This document shows, in pieces, positions 15,995 to 34,615 of a stretch of DNA of 64,000 bases. The stretch's first letter is position 1. Every line of letters starts with the position of its first letter. The stretch lies in assembly GCF_009914755.1 (NCBI RefSeq), contig NC_060926.1. One strand, given 5' to 3'. The notes beneath the pieces are model-generated. The model saw only the letters and a program-made list of their open reading frames with translations, ran no database searches and was not told the origin of the DNA. Made by a program: the position numbers and the translations under genes. This DNA comes from the human T2T-CHM13v2.0 reference genome, Homo sapiens.

Positions 15995-17299
15995 ATCTTC
16001 ACTTCTTTGTTTTGAGCCCTCCTTATAATTTGTCTTTATGGCGTGGTTGGCGTGCTTTACAACAAATACCCTGCTTAAAGCCAGAATTCACAACTTTAGA
16101 TTGTCATTTGCATTCTAGCTTTCACTATTTTACTTAAATGTTTTCCTTCAATAAAAAGGCCAAGGTATTAATTTTTTATTACCTTCTTTAATGTCTTATT
16201 GTGTATGAAGGTAAACTTCAGCATTTTTACGTAGAGTCAGTAATAATTGAAATCTGTTCATTTCTGTTTTGAGAAATATTATTATACCCTTCATATCTGT
16301 TGTCTTTTTTTACCTTTGCTATTATAATATCAAAAGTGGTTTTTATATTTGTGTCAGTGCACTTGCATCAATTGCACCGCCTCACTTTTATCTTTCTTCC
16401 CCCCTGTTCTTTTAGGGCAAAGGGGGTGGTCTGAAATTGAATGTGAGTCGCTTTTAAATTTGTATTATTCCACACCAGTGGGAAATTTTTTTCTATATAC
16501 TGAAATGTCATGGTAAACTTTAAAAAGCGTGAATCTTCACCAGAGTAAACTGAACACCGTTCAGCAAATTAAACCCTATGAAATAACAAGCTTAAATAAG
16601 TTAAGATGCTAGTGACAAACTATATCTAGTCTTATAGTAAATATTAATAACATCCATTAACTGTGTGAAAATATTTTTAAATGTTCAGGTGACTTAATTG
16701 TATTTTCCCACATTGACATATTAAAAGTTTTAAAACCCCCAAAAGTAATGTGCTGCTGTATTAATATTTAAGAATAAAATCAGTATCAGCATGTTTTGGT
16801 GACCCAGAAATGGTCTCTTATCATTGAGTTCTTTTGTCAGTTACTCAGAGTTGAATAGCTGTCAGCAGTAAATGACTTTTATATGTAGCCTAATTAGATA
16901 AATCTACACTTTGTTCACTAGATGCAATGAGGTTCATGTAATTGGAATTAATAAAGAATGGCCTTGCTGGATCAAGCTCAAAAATAAATTTAGTAAAGTG
17001 TAAAAGCCCTGGAGCCAAAAGTGATGCCAAGGTATATACTGAGGGAAAGCACCCACCCCCCAAGTCACACTTAAGTAGATATTGACCCAGCTTCTCTTAC
17101 AAACTCCTAATTTGGTCTTTTGTGATGCATTTTTTTTCTTATACCAGTTCCAGGTCTCTTAAGATTAGGTTGTAAAGAGCACACCCTTTTCTAAGTATTT
17201 TTGTTGGTCATGGTCTGTTCTCATAGCACATCTCCAATTTATTTGATCTTTTCCATCTTCTCTTACTTCCATTGCCTCTTTCTTGAGCTCTAGCAATCA

Positions 17300-17655
<356 letters not shown>

Positions 17656-18794
17656 ATTTTGCTTTTTCTCCTGTTCATTTCAATTCATTGTTATACTCTG
17701 GTCATGTTTTACAGAAGTCAAATCAGCATATGTTTCATTGTGAAGTCTAAGCAGGTGTTTATAGCTTACTTCTCTTTCTGCCTTTTAGTTTAATAAAGCA
17801 ATAATTAATCCAACAATAATCTTATGCCCAAGATCCATTAGCATTACTTGGAAATACTGCAGTGCTGTCCAGTAGAACTTTCTGCATAGCGCAAGTTTTG
17901 TGTATCTGTGCTCTTCAATGTAGTAGGTACTAACCTGTAAATTTGAGACGATTAGCCTAGATGATTTTTAAATTCCTTTTAAACTATAAATTACCTGGTT
18001 GAAATTTTATTAAGATCTCACTATGCCAGGCACTTTATATTTGTCTTGTTTTCTCAGGTAAAGTATTCTCCTAAGGAAGCAGACGCAGTTACCAAGTGAC
18101 TTGTCCGAAATTAAAACTATTACGTGGCTGGGATTTGAACCCAAGTCCTTTGCTTAATCCCAAACTGTAGTTCTCACTTTTTCCTGTTCTAGTATATTTC
18201 AGAAGTAGAGCACAGTAGCAATTTATGCCAGTGATTTGTAAGATTTATAAAGTAAACAATGAAAAAACCTCAGATTTTTATTTGCCCGCCTCATTGCACT
18301 AAATCCAATGAGGTCCTCTTTATAAGTCCCAAATTCCTCTTTTTCAACTATACATCAGTGTTAGCATATATGCATTGTGTATCACTGTTTTTCCTTAGGG
18401 TGCTTTCTCTTTGCTTTCATGTGACTGTGCTCTGTCAGGTTTTAAGACTCAGCTGAAGTTGCTACTCTTTCATAAAGCATTCCCCAGATAACTCTCTTTT
18501 CCATTTGTGAATTTATCTCTCTGATCTTACCTTTGAATCTTATTCACATCCAGTTGTATTCCATCTATTTGGGAGTTTATAGTGCTGTAGTGTAACTGTA
18601 CATATATGAGATGAGTGTTTTCTTTTTAATTGTAAAATATATAAAACCACCAAACAAATGTATAGTGGATTATTATAAAACAACCTTGTAATCACCAACC
18701 AAGTCAAGAAATAGAACTTTGCCAACTACCCCGGAATGTCTCCACGTGCTCAACTCAGTGTCGATCCCCTCCCTCCAAAAGTAACCAGTATTCT

Positions 18795-19090
<296 letters not shown>

Positions 19091-19654
19091 CAGTATTCTT
19101 ACTCTAATCACTTTCTTTATAGTTTTAGCACCCAACTCTGCATTCCCAAATACCATAGACCTTGCTCATTATTAAAAATTTGGTAAGTCTTTGAAGTCTC
19201 TCAGTATGCATGTTTCCCCTCCATCTTTTTATGTCAACTAAGTTGTAGCTGTTGAAGGACCCTAGAGTGTGTGACCTGTAGAGTTTCCAACTGTCTGAAT
19301 TTTGCTGATTGTATACTCATGGTGCAGTTTACTGTGTTCCTTTTTTCTTGCATTCCTGGAAAAATTGATGATTAGATCCAGAAACTTAATCAGACTCCTG
19401 TTAGATCCCTTAGGCAAGGCTATAGATGGTGTTAATGTTCTTTGGTCAGAAGGTCTAAAGTCTGGTTGTCTCTCTTTGTAGTGTTAGTGGCTGCTGATAT
19501 TCAATGCCTGGGTCCTTTCATTCATTGGTGATACTCTAATTCTGTCATTTCTTTCTTACAAAATGGTATTTTTGTATTGGAATTCTTGATTCATCTCATA
19601 TGGACACCCAGTGGCACGTATCATATAGGATAATTACTGGATTTTTGCCCTTTT

Positions 19655-20165
19655 TGTGATATAATTCACATATTGTACATTTCACCCATTGAAAGTATGA
19701 TTCCGTGGGGTTTGTGGGTTTTTTTAAGAATATTCACAGAGGTGTGCATCAATTTTTAGAAGTCTTCACTACACCAAAAAGAAACCCTCAACCCCGCAGT
19801 CATTTCTCCCTATTTTTCCCCCAGCCTATTAATAGACATTTCATTAATGGAATCCTACAGTATGTTGTCCTTTGTGACTGACTTCTTTCACTTACCGTGT
19901 TTTCAAGGCTCATCTATGTTGTTGTATTTATTCAGTAGGTTGTTTACTTTTCTTGCTGTACTACCCATTATTCCACTGTATGGCTAGACCACATTATATA
20001 TATATGTTCATCAGTTGGTGGGCATTTGGATTGTTAGCCACTTTTTGGCTAATATGAATAGTGCTCTTAAGAACATTTGTGTACAAGTTTTTGTGTAGAC
20101 TTGTGTTTTTGGTTTCTCTTGGGCTTATACCCAGGAGTAGAATTGCTGGATCATATGGTAACTCT
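19655..20165 (-). mobile_element. L1MB-type 3' end, followed by an AluJ (~20201-20470)
   Basis: gatataattcacata...tcacccatt...gaattgctggatcatatggtaact L1 motifs. Confidence 0.75.
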
Positions 20166-20167
20166 AG

Positions 20168-20386
<219 letters not shown>

Positions 20387-22405
20387 TAGAGACAGGGGTC
20401 TCACCATGTTGCCCAGGCCGTTCTTAAACCCCTGGACTCAAGCAGTCCTCCTGCCTCAGCCTCCCAACACTCAGCCTAAAGCAGCTCTTTCCAGTGTGAT
20501 TTGTCACTTTAAGCACCACTCTTCTAGTCTTTTCTTACAGTCTTTGTGTGAACTGAATACTCTTCGGTTACTCATTTTTGTGAGATATTAGCTTTCCTGA
20601 ACTTTAAAAAGGTGATGTACCTTCAGAGTGCTTTAATAATTTCACAGAGCTCCCTTTTCTGTTATTTTGTGTAATGTTCAGAAGTGTAGCAGCTTACTTT
20701 CTGGGAGTTTCTGGCCCTCTTCCCCTCCACATTTTTAGTTTCTCTTTTCCCTTCTTCCTATCTTGCTGATTGTGCTTTTCCTCCCAATGGTTTCTCTTCA
20801 AACTGGAGTCTTGGAAGAGAACCTTGGAAGATCAATTTCAAAAGTTCGTAGAAGTTAGCTTCGGTCTTTTAATCCTTACTGTAGGTCTCTTGCATCCATC
20901 TACTTATTGGACTGGCAAAACTCCCAGTGCTAGCTGCTCTTCTCACATTGGCCTGCCATGATTTCCAGTGAATGTCTTTTGGCTCTTTGAGGTTCTTCTT
21001 ATATCAAGTCCAGCACATGCCCCATTCCTTTGCATCTTGTTGCACTGTGCTGTGTATGTTGACATAGTAGCCTGTTTTTTCCTCATTCGTATGTGTTAGG
21101 AATTCCCTAGGAATGGCTTGTCATGTGATTTGGTTGTAGCTATCCATGGGGTTTTGGTTTTGCTATCTTGTTGCTCTGTTTTTCTGTGGGGATTTAAGTA
21201 TCCCCTCTGCAGCCATCAACTCAGAATTCTTCAGGTAAATCACTAAAAGTTTACCTTCATTCAGAAGATGATACACTCATTTCCAGTGGGACTTCATCTT
21301 TCCAGAAGTATTTATAAGTACATTTAAATGACAGCCTATTGTGGTCCCACTGGAAATGAGTGTAAGATGAAGTTGATTTTTTAAAAAGAATAAATCACTT
21401 GAAGTTTCTGTTAAATAAGGAAGCTGTGGGAGAGTTCATTTATTAATAGGCATTACAAAGAATATATGATATTTTTGATTGATTTTCTCAAATTAATTCT
21501 GAAAGCTACTCTAGAACTTCCCCAGAAAGCTTTAAATGTTATTTTGAAACATGCTGCTCTTATCTGCCTAATTACAGGGATACTGACTTCAGTGACTCTG
21601 TATTATTATAGAAGTCTTATGAAGTATTCCTGAAGCGGCTTAAAATTTTTTTTTGCAAAATTAAATGATTGTGAAATAACTCATACCTTTTCTCTGCACA
21701 CACAGATACATGTATATTTTAGCCTTGGTAATTTATATGCTTCTCTGTGGTCCTGGCTCATCCTTTTTGTTGAGTCATCGCATGGCAGGAGTGCAAGAGA
21801 GTGAACCCAGTCCTGCAAGATCCAAGGCGCTTTCAAACCATAACAAATTCTAAACTTAGGTGTATAGAGTAGAATAGGTTAATATATTAACAAATGTGCA
21901 TTGAGTGTTTGCATTGGCCAAGGCATGCAAATGTCTCAGTATAAAATCAGACAGATTTTATATAGTTTATAAACTGATTTTCAAGGCCATTGCAGAACAG
22001 GAGTTTTGTTTTTAGTATTAATAGCTAAAATTGGTTAAGGTAATTTTTTAAGTGAAAATCCAATTAGATAACTGCATTTTATTATAAACATACATATACA
22101 TTCTAGGGAGTACATATTTACACATGTTCTAGGGATTAGGGGAAATGATGGAATCTCCTTACCACTCTACATTTTCTGGTGTTAACCTAATATTTTACCC
22201 CTAAATAAGCTAAGGCTCTGATTGTTAGTGACATATTACATACTCTTTATATGGCTATACATAAGGAAATACATGTAACGTGAATTTTTCTCTAAATTAT
22301 TTGGAGCTGATACAGAAAAGAAATGGATGAGAACTGTAGAAGTTCACCTATTTGTTATTAAAAGTTAAAAGTGAAGTTAAGGCTTGTGCTTAGTGACAAT
22401 ATGCA

Positions 22406-22942
<537 letters not shown>

Positions 22943-23685
22943 TATATTTCTATTTGACAGTGACGGTGTGGGCTATAGTCATTTGTATCCACCAGCAAAT
23001 AGAATTACTATTGGCCATTCACACTATAGTAATTCCTTCCAAAGGCAAATGTGCACTTTCACACTAATCTTAAACTGAGGGTTCATTTAGAAGTTGAAAA
23101 AAAAAAATGGGAAAGATGTTTCTTCTGTGGCCAAAAATCGGAAGATAATGAAACTTTATATAGTTCCATGCTTAAAAAGAAATACCTGAGAGGGCAGGAA
23201 GAGAAAATTCTGAGGGTTTGGGGGTAATCTTTAAATGATGCAAGGATTCAGAGAGGATACCAGGTATTTCCACACCCCCACCCCAAGGTAGATATTTCAG
23301 TTACTTTGTGTTGCTATAGCTCCATGATTGGGGTTTTGAATGCCTAGTGTGAGTAACTGTTTGAGTTGATATGGTTCACTTTATGTAGACTTAAATATCT
23401 GTTAAAATTATTTTTGTTACCCAAACAAATTAATAATTTTATGTAACAATTGCTTTTTAAAAAATAATATAATTGCATAATGTAAATGCCAAAGTTATTT
23501 GCTGTTTAAGAAATTGATATTCTCAAAACAAAACCTGATTCTACTTTTAAATTAACAAATGTGTGATAAAGTTACACATGGTTAAGATGCATATTGTTTA
23601 TTAGTATTTGTTACGTTATGATTAGGCTTTCGGTTTCCTTGAAATTTCTTTTGTTAGTGCATGCACACTACATCTATGGAGATCT

Positions 23686-24334
<649 letters not shown>

Positions 24335-24379
24335 TAGATGTCTTTAACGTTAGCTCCTTAAAAAAAAAAGAGAGAGAGA

Positions 24380-26060
<1,681 letters not shown>

Positions 26061-26389
26061 ATAATCTGTTCGAAGGAAAGTGGCCTTTTGTAACATTTAT
26101 GTAGTATATTTGAATTCCTGTGCAATGTTAATGTTCTTGTTTCACAATACAAGTCATTTTTTGTCCTTTTGGTTTTTTAAGAGAAGGGATCTCACTCTGT
26201 TGCTCAGGCTAGCCTCAAACCCATGGACTCAAGCAGTCCTCCCACCTCAGCCTCCCAGGTAGCTGGGACTTAGAGTGGTATTTTTTAGTATTTATTGTAG
26301 GCTGTTAGGAGCTGTGTCTATATAAGAGAGAGTAGATAGAGCCTTAACTATGAAATACTAAGTATACTTTATAAGTTGGTTTTTTTCAT

Positions 26390-26695
26390 TTTTTCTTTTT
26401 TGTTTTTTTTCAGACAGTCTCACTCTGTCACCCAGCCTGGAGTGCAGTGGTGCTCGCTGCAACCTCCGCCTCCCAGGTTCAAGCGATTCCCCTGCCTCAG
26501 CCTCCCAAGTGGTTAGGATTACAGGTGTGTGCCACCATACCTGGCTAATTTTTTTGTATTTTAGTAGAGACGGGGTTTCACCATGTTAATCTTGAACTCC
26601 TGACCTGTTGGTCTCAAACTCCTGACCTCAGGTGATCCGCCCGTCTTGGCATCCCGAAGTGCTGGGATTACAGGCATGAGCCACCACGCTCGGCT
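26390..26695 (-). mobile_element. AluS
   Basis: Alu consensus sequence. Confidence 0.85.
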
Positions 26696-28199
26696 GATAT
26701 TTTTTCTTTTTTAGAAACATTCATAATGCTCAGGTACTCCCCACTAAATAATTTTTTAAATGCCGGTTATGTTAACCATTTTCAGTATATTGTTTAAGTA
26801 TAATGTAGTTACTCTATGGAAGTCAAGCCTTATTCTCTTAATCAGTACTGCTTTTCAGCAATATTGAATACTGATATTTTGGGGCCGTTATTAACCCAGC
26901 TTTCTTTTAAATGTAATTAGGTATCTTAACATCCAGCTTGAAGATTTTTTTTAATTTTTTAATATAAATTTGCTTTCATGTCAGTCTTTCACTCACATAA
27001 TTATTTGAGTAAGAAAACTAAAATGCCACACTGGGTTAATAACATTTTCTGCAATTCCTTAGTGCTGGTGTTTCTAGTGCAGCAAAATTAAGGATTTAAA
27101 CCACTTTTTAACAATGTGCTGGAATTTTGGTTTGATAGGCTCACACTTGGCAAATGCCAATTAACAAATGGGCATTTTGACTTATTCCACTTCCTTTGTC
27201 AGTTTGTTACCTCTCTTGTCTTTCCTCTACTTTCCTTTTCTTATTCTAAGACCTTCTTTCTATAAGCCTGTAGTAAGGTTATACAACTATCCCTTCTCCT
27301 GAACTATAGCCTTAGCAAGAAAGTTCCAATTTCTGAGCTGTAATAGTCTGACTAGAGCTTGCTGAATATTTATTAATGAAGTCCGTTTCAAGGCACTGAA
27401 AATAGTTATCCTAGTGTTAGTCAGGGATTGGATAGGGGGGTGTTTAGGGCAATGGGAGAAATGGCATCACTAGCCTATAGAACCTAAAGATGAAACACAA
27501 GAACAGGTTAGAATGAACCTGTTGGTAATAGTAAGTGAAAAGCAAACTTGGAATCCTTTTCTTTGCTTCTGTTGGGGTTTTCCTGGATTGGGAGATTTAA
27601 TGTTGAAGAGTAATCAGATAGCTTTGGCTAGTTCTTAAATACAAATACACCCACAAAGTGTTTGCACAGGATTAATTATTAATATTAAGAGAATAAGGAC
27701 TAGAATGATTCATTGAAACTGAATACAGCCATCTTGGGTGACTTAGAAATTACCCAGACTTTTTGTTAACTCAGCCTGACCTTGCCTCCGCTATCAAGGT
27801 TGAAGCCAGCAGCGGAGAGTGAAGAATATCAGCAGTAAGGGTATCAGGAGCAGAGAGGGGAGACAGCAGCCAGGAGTGGGCAGGAGGAGAAAAAATGGAG
27901 AAGGAAGGGAGTCAGATCAAGAAGTAGGAATGGAAACAAAAAGGAATAAAAAAGAGAAGGAGTGAAAGGAATATGGATGTAAATCACTGAAGTAATGTCA
28001 AATATCATAAATTCAATGTTTGGATATGCTTGCTTAGACTGCAGCAGGACCCTCCAAGAATTAAGTTTACCTGTGAAAGGAAGAAGGTGAGCAAGAGAGA
28101 AGGGAATTTAAAAAATACACTTGTTAAATTGTTTTTTAAATTTAAAATCAACATTAACATGCACAATTTTAAAAATTTTTCAACATAATAATAATATTT

Positions 28200-28400
28200 G
28201 AGTCATATTACTAGGGAGCACTATTCTAAGTCCTGTGTATATTGGTTCATTTAATCCTCACACAACTTTACAAGCAGGTACTATTAATATTTCTCCCATT
28301 TTACAGATGCAGAAACTGAGCCACAAAGAGAATAAGTAAATTGTCTAGGCTAGTCAGATCACAGAGCCAAGATTCCACTTGAGGCAGCATGGCTATGGCT
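28200..28400 (-). mobile_element. MIR
   Basis: MIR core cccattttacagatgcagaaactgag. Confidence 0.75.
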
Positions 28401-30865
28401 GGCTCTGTCATCTCTACCTCCCCGTCTCCATGATTTGTATGATATATTTCTATAGAGAAATTCCACAAATATCTATTTGTCTCGTTTTGAGAATGTTACA
28501 TTTCCTTGAAATAGTTATATATCTGCTAGAGTAACAAACTCATGACACTGTTCAGAGTTCAAACAATTCTAAACACTATTCGCATCAACTTCCTTTTACT
28601 TTTTTCCCTTTAATTTGAGAACGTTTATTAAACTAGGTCCAAAATACAAAAATAAATAGTGCATGGTCCCTGTCCTCAGTGAACTGAATCTCAGTTTGTA
28701 ATTGTTTGATTACTTGAACCAAACCAGCTGTACTCCTCCAATACTAGTGTGAATTATTTGGCTTGAACCAAGCTTGCATGTGCCAGTGAATGTTTGTTGG
28801 CTTCAAAAGTATGCTCACCTTTAAAAGCTTTGGACCAACTAGTAATATTTCTGTTACCCAAAACATTTGGAATTCTTTTAAGCCTCACAACAAAATCACC
28901 TTCCATACAAAAAGCAGTAGTACCTAGTTTGATCACCTTCCTTAATCATCCTTGAAATTAAAGCCTCACATGGATACTCACAAAATATTTATCTAAAAAG
29001 GTGTTTTGTTTTGTTTTTACAGCCTTGATGGAGGAAAATATTTGCAGGTTATAGAGAAGGAAATGTGAATGGAATTAGTGGATTTCACCAGGAACTTTGG
29101 AAGAGTGTTGGGAATTAGTGTTTAGCTGGAAAGTATTTCTTGATCAGTGTCTTTCAGGCAAGTAAGAGAAATTCTGGATCATCTGACAGGAAGGAAGTTT
29201 AAGTACTAAATTCGGTCTAATTTGACTTTTGACCTGAGCCTCTATTGCTTCACTCTGACAAATAGTTTTAGCATTTGAAGGCTTGATTAACCATTCCCCT
29301 GTTAGACATGAATAATGACAATAAATGAGAGATTGTGGGAAACTGAGAGTGTCTTCATTTTCTTGAATGTCTTATGTGGGCATCAGCTCTCAGATTTTTA
29401 TAGTGGCATTTGGAATACTTTGAATTTAATATTAGTGCCACTATATATTATACATATTCATTCAACAAATTGAACAACAGCCACATAGTGCTAAATCCTA
29501 GGAACACAAATAAAGAACTCTGTTCTGTGTTCAAGCTACTTCCAGACTAAATTACTCTTTTGAGCATTCTCAATTTTTCTAATCCTTTCCTTGTTGTAAT
29601 TTTAAAAGGAAGAAATAAGTTGAAAGTGCAAATTAAAATTATTCACTCATTTTAAGTTAACATTATTTCTAGTTCTTGGGAGCCAAACTCTATTTTACAT
29701 CTGTTATAAAGATTTACCAGAAGGAAAACTTCTTAAAGTCATTTTTACTTCATTTACACATCTGCAAATGCAGTTGGACTAGAAAGGTCCTTTTCAGATC
29801 CTAATTCCAGTGATTAAGTTTCATATTACATTTTAAAAGATCTCATACTGAAAGGATCCACTGTCCCTCTGTCAGAAATTTTCTTCACCTCCAATTTGGC
29901 ATTGTTTCTGTACGGTAATTGTTGACGCCCCCTGCAAGACATAGTGAGGCTCAAATGTTCATCTCTTGAAAAATGGGTACTCAAATCTTGACATTTAGAA
30001 ATTGTCTTCCCATGGGAAATTTCTTGAATGTAATCTTAAAACATTATTTGAGTTTATTTTATGCCTATTTTCTAAGTCCACAGTTACTTGATTTATTATT
30101 AACTTTTGGGGTACATATTCAAACTTCATGTTTCTCTGTCTTAGTATCTTTGTAGTGCTTGTGTTCTTATATTTCTGTCCCAAGGACCTAATTTACTAAG
30201 CTAAAAAAAAAAAATTGCTAATTTATGGATCTCTGATTGGCAAAGTTTCTACTATATTGGTTTATATTACATGCTTATACCCTGGTGGTGTAGCTGCTTT
30301 CATTATTGCTATAGTTAAGTAATAGAGATAATTAAGTAACAGTTTTATGTTCAGAATCCTCGTTACTTTGCCCTCTAGGTGGTTTTTCTGTTCCTTCAAC
30401 AAGATAGTGAAGGTATCTTCACTATCTTGTGTGGTAGTTATAGCCACACAATGAATCATTGCTTGATTTTTTAAAAGAGTATTAGAAAATGGTGACTCTG
30501 TGCCTAGAAAAGGAGTATAGTGGGTATACTTGATCCGCTTTTCATCTTTTTTTTTTTTTTCAGGTATAGCATCATCTTTTTGCTTATTTTCTTCTTTGCC
30601 TCCACAATGTGCAAATTAATATTATTTAAACTTTCTCTTTAGCATTTTTAGTATGTTCAGTCAACTTACTTAGTATGTCTTTTCCCTTTTCCCCTTTGTT
30701 CTATGTGCAAAACGAGTAAAACAGATTTATAGATTAGTTCTATTTAATGAATAACTTTATTAAAACTATTACATCAATCTTGTCATAGCCCAACTCACAG
30801 TTCATACTATTAATATTGCATTCCTTCCTTGCACACCCGCCCCCCCTTAAAAAATAGAAGGTTTG

Positions 30866-31172
30866 GGCTGGGTACAGGGGCTTATGCCTGTAATCCCAGC
30901 ACTTTGGGAGGCCGAGGCAGATGGATCACCTGAGCTCAAGAGTTCGAGACCAGCCTGGCCAACATGGTGAAACCCTGTCTTTACTAAAAATACAAAAATT
31001 AGCCAGTGTGGTGGTGCATGCCTGTAATCCCACCTTCTCAGGGAGGCTGAGGCAGGAGAATCGCTTGAACCTGGGAGGTGGAGCTTTCAGTGAGCCGAGA
31101 TCACACCACTGCACTCCAGCCTGGGCAACAGGAGCGAAACTCCACCTCAAAAAAAAAACAGAAAAGAAAAGA
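30866..31172 (+). mobile_element. AluS, ~60 nt upstream of exon 3
   Basis: Alu consensus with A tail. Confidence 0.9.
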
Positions 31173-31234
31173 AAATACAGGGTTTTTTGAAATGTATTTG
31201 TTTTTAAATGACCAGAGTTTTATCTTTTCTGCAG

Positions 31235-31363
31235 ATAATATCGTCTACTGCATTATTTTTGGCTGCAAAAGTGGAAGAACAGGCTCGAAAACTTGAACAT
31301 GTTATCAAAGTAGCACATGCTTGTCTTCATCCTCTAGAGCCACTGCTGGATACTAAATGTGAT
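31235..31363 (+). CDS. CCNT2: Cyclin T2 exon 3 ([43 protein letters not shown])
   Basis: 129 nt, CAG/GTATGT; conserved cyclin LFLAAKVEE motif. Confidence 0.98.
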
Positions 31364-32026
31364 GTATGTAAATACTGGGTTTTTTATTTTTCTTTGTAAA
31401 TTTGAAACTTTTTCATAATGTAGGCCTAACAAAAATACACAGTTCAATTAGTGGTGCCTTCCAAATGCTGCTTGTTTTATTACCTCTTAGGAATGCAATG
31501 CCAGGAAGCAGTCTGGCAGAAAAACATATAATGTATGTTCATGAATTTGGATGTCATTCTGAATTATAGAAGGCTTTGATTCCAGGTGCTTTGTTGATTC
31601 AAAGATACTTTTGTTTCATATTTTGTTGTTCAGAGTTATGATATATGTAGAGGGTAAGTCCTATCACCTCCACTGGAAGCTGTATTTGAGACCAGAATAT
31701 AAATAACTCCTTAAATTGTCAACAGATGAAGGAACAGAAAATCTTCTGAATTTACCCCTAGATGAGTAGTCTTTTTAAAGTATTGTTCCTTTTTTAATGC
31801 ATGTACTACTGCTTATCTCTCTGATACATAAAGCTGCATTTTATTTTGCTTTCATGAGCAGCATTTTTTTAGTATTTTAATTTTCCTAGAGTAATGTTCC
31901 TTTCCAGACAACTTTATCATCAACATTGTAATAGACCTTATTTGAAAGAACTGTTTTAAATTTTTCTGACATCTTAAGAAATAAGGAGAAATAAGGAAGT
32001 TAGAATTATGGCCCTTTAAAAATTTT

Positions 32027-32318
<292 letters not shown>

Positions 32319-33395
32319 TTTTTTTTTCTAGCATCCTGAGTTACTTAATCAGGAACCTTTACCCATTGAATGACTAACAGATTATATTAATTCAAAGTCC
32401 CGATTAATTTAAGCTTCAATGGAACTATATCTGATTTTATTAATGGCAAGTTTTATCATAATGTTGGCTTTAAGGGAGTAAACTGTTAATGTAGCCATTA
32501 AATAATAGGTTGTCATTATTTAAAGATAATTCCTACAGTTTATATTAACTGTACAAATTCAGAACTATTTCTTGGGGTACTGTTTAAATAATAGAAATTG
32601 ACTGTTTTAAAAATCAGCTCAATGACCTTTCAAAGTAGAGCATAAATAAAATAAAAGGTACTTTTACTCTCTGGCTTTAGAAATATGTCCTTACAAAAAT
32701 GAATATAGGTATATTCATATCAGTAATATAGTATTTCCTTATCACTTTGGTCAATTGTCATGATTTCAGAATAGGACAGCAGTAATTTTTCATATCCTTT
32801 ATTTCCAGAGTAACTGTAATAGAGGGATAATTTCTTGAAATTGAATAAGGAGGTTCTCTGGTATTTATGTCCCCATGGGTATGAGATACATTATTTTGGT
32901 ATGTTTGGTCATTTCTAAGGTGGCAGGGAAGTTAATTCTAAAATTTACTCAGTGACTTACTGTGACTTTTGAGGAATTACCACATGAAATGTCCTAGAGT
33001 GAGTTTGTAAGCCAGGTTTGGGTTAAAGGCAGGTTTGAGTTGGATGTTTTTAATTGACTTGGTGCTTCCTGTCTTTAATATCTCTTGAAGCACCAGTGCC
33101 TAGGTTGTTTCACTTTACAGACTGTGCACATCTCCTTATTTCAATTAACTTACCCTCTTTCATATTGGTTAGGTTTTTGTTTTCTGGTGTTTGTTTCCTG
33201 TTACAGAAAGTAATTCAGTTTAGGCTTGCCACAGAATACAGGCTTTCTCTGTCACCCTCAGTTTATTTTCTCCATATTTTCAAACTACTGTGGTTCTTTT
33301 GTAATCAACCTGTAATTCTCACAAGATGTAACAGTCATGCAGTCTAGTAATGTTATTTTTATTTTAATCAATTTGATAATATTTTTATCTGACAG

Positions 33396-33456
33396 GCTTA
33401 CCTTCAACAGACTCAAGAACTGGTTATACTTGAAACCATAATGCTACAAACTCTAG
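33396..33456 (+). CDS. CCNT2: Cyclin T2 exon 4 (AYLQQTQELVILETIMLQTL)
   Basis: 61 nt, CAG/GTACGT; in frame; conserved E-x-x-x-L-x-x-L cyclin motif. Confidence 0.97.
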
Positions 33457-33736
33457 GTACGTACTTACATCAGATAATGGCTTTTTGTGTGTATTTCACT
33501 AAAGCATTCTAAATAAGTGAAAAGATTTCTGAAATAATTGTATTATTGAAGAAAGTTATTTTAAAACAGGTTTTAGACAGAATAAGGTTGCCTGGTTATA
33601 AGGAAATTACTTTTCTAGAATTTAATTTCATTTGGCATAATTAAATTGAATGGTAAACGTACCCTTCAGTATGATTTCTTAGGTTTTCAGGTAGTTGAAG
33701 TACTGTGCTTCACTCTGGATTTGCACTGGAGAGTAA

Positions 33737-34166
<430 letters not shown>

Positions 34167-34615
34167 TGATTTTTAATGTGACATAGTAATTATTTAAATG
34201 TTGGTCATCCTTTTCTAAAAGTTATATCTTTGTATGCAAGTTCATTTACTGTCACCATTCACCTTACTCAATTTACTGAAATTGAGGCCTAAGAAAGTGA
34301 TGGCTTATCTAAAGTCATATGTTAGTTCTGGAAGAACCTACTAGGATGTGGTAGGAAGAACATGGGATTTGGGGAGATCCGAGTTAAAATCTGTAGGCCT
34401 CTGACTTGCTTTGTAAACTTGGGCAAAAGTTCCTTTACCTGTTGTACCTCCATTCTGTAGAGGTGGAATAGTATCTGAGTCATATCGTGAATTTGTCATT
34501 TTTTTAATTTCATTACTCCATTCCCAGATGTTGAATAGAAGTGCGATAAATCAGTCACAACTTCCCATTGTGACAGACTCTTCGTTACAAAACTAGTTTG
34601 TGTGAAATACATATG

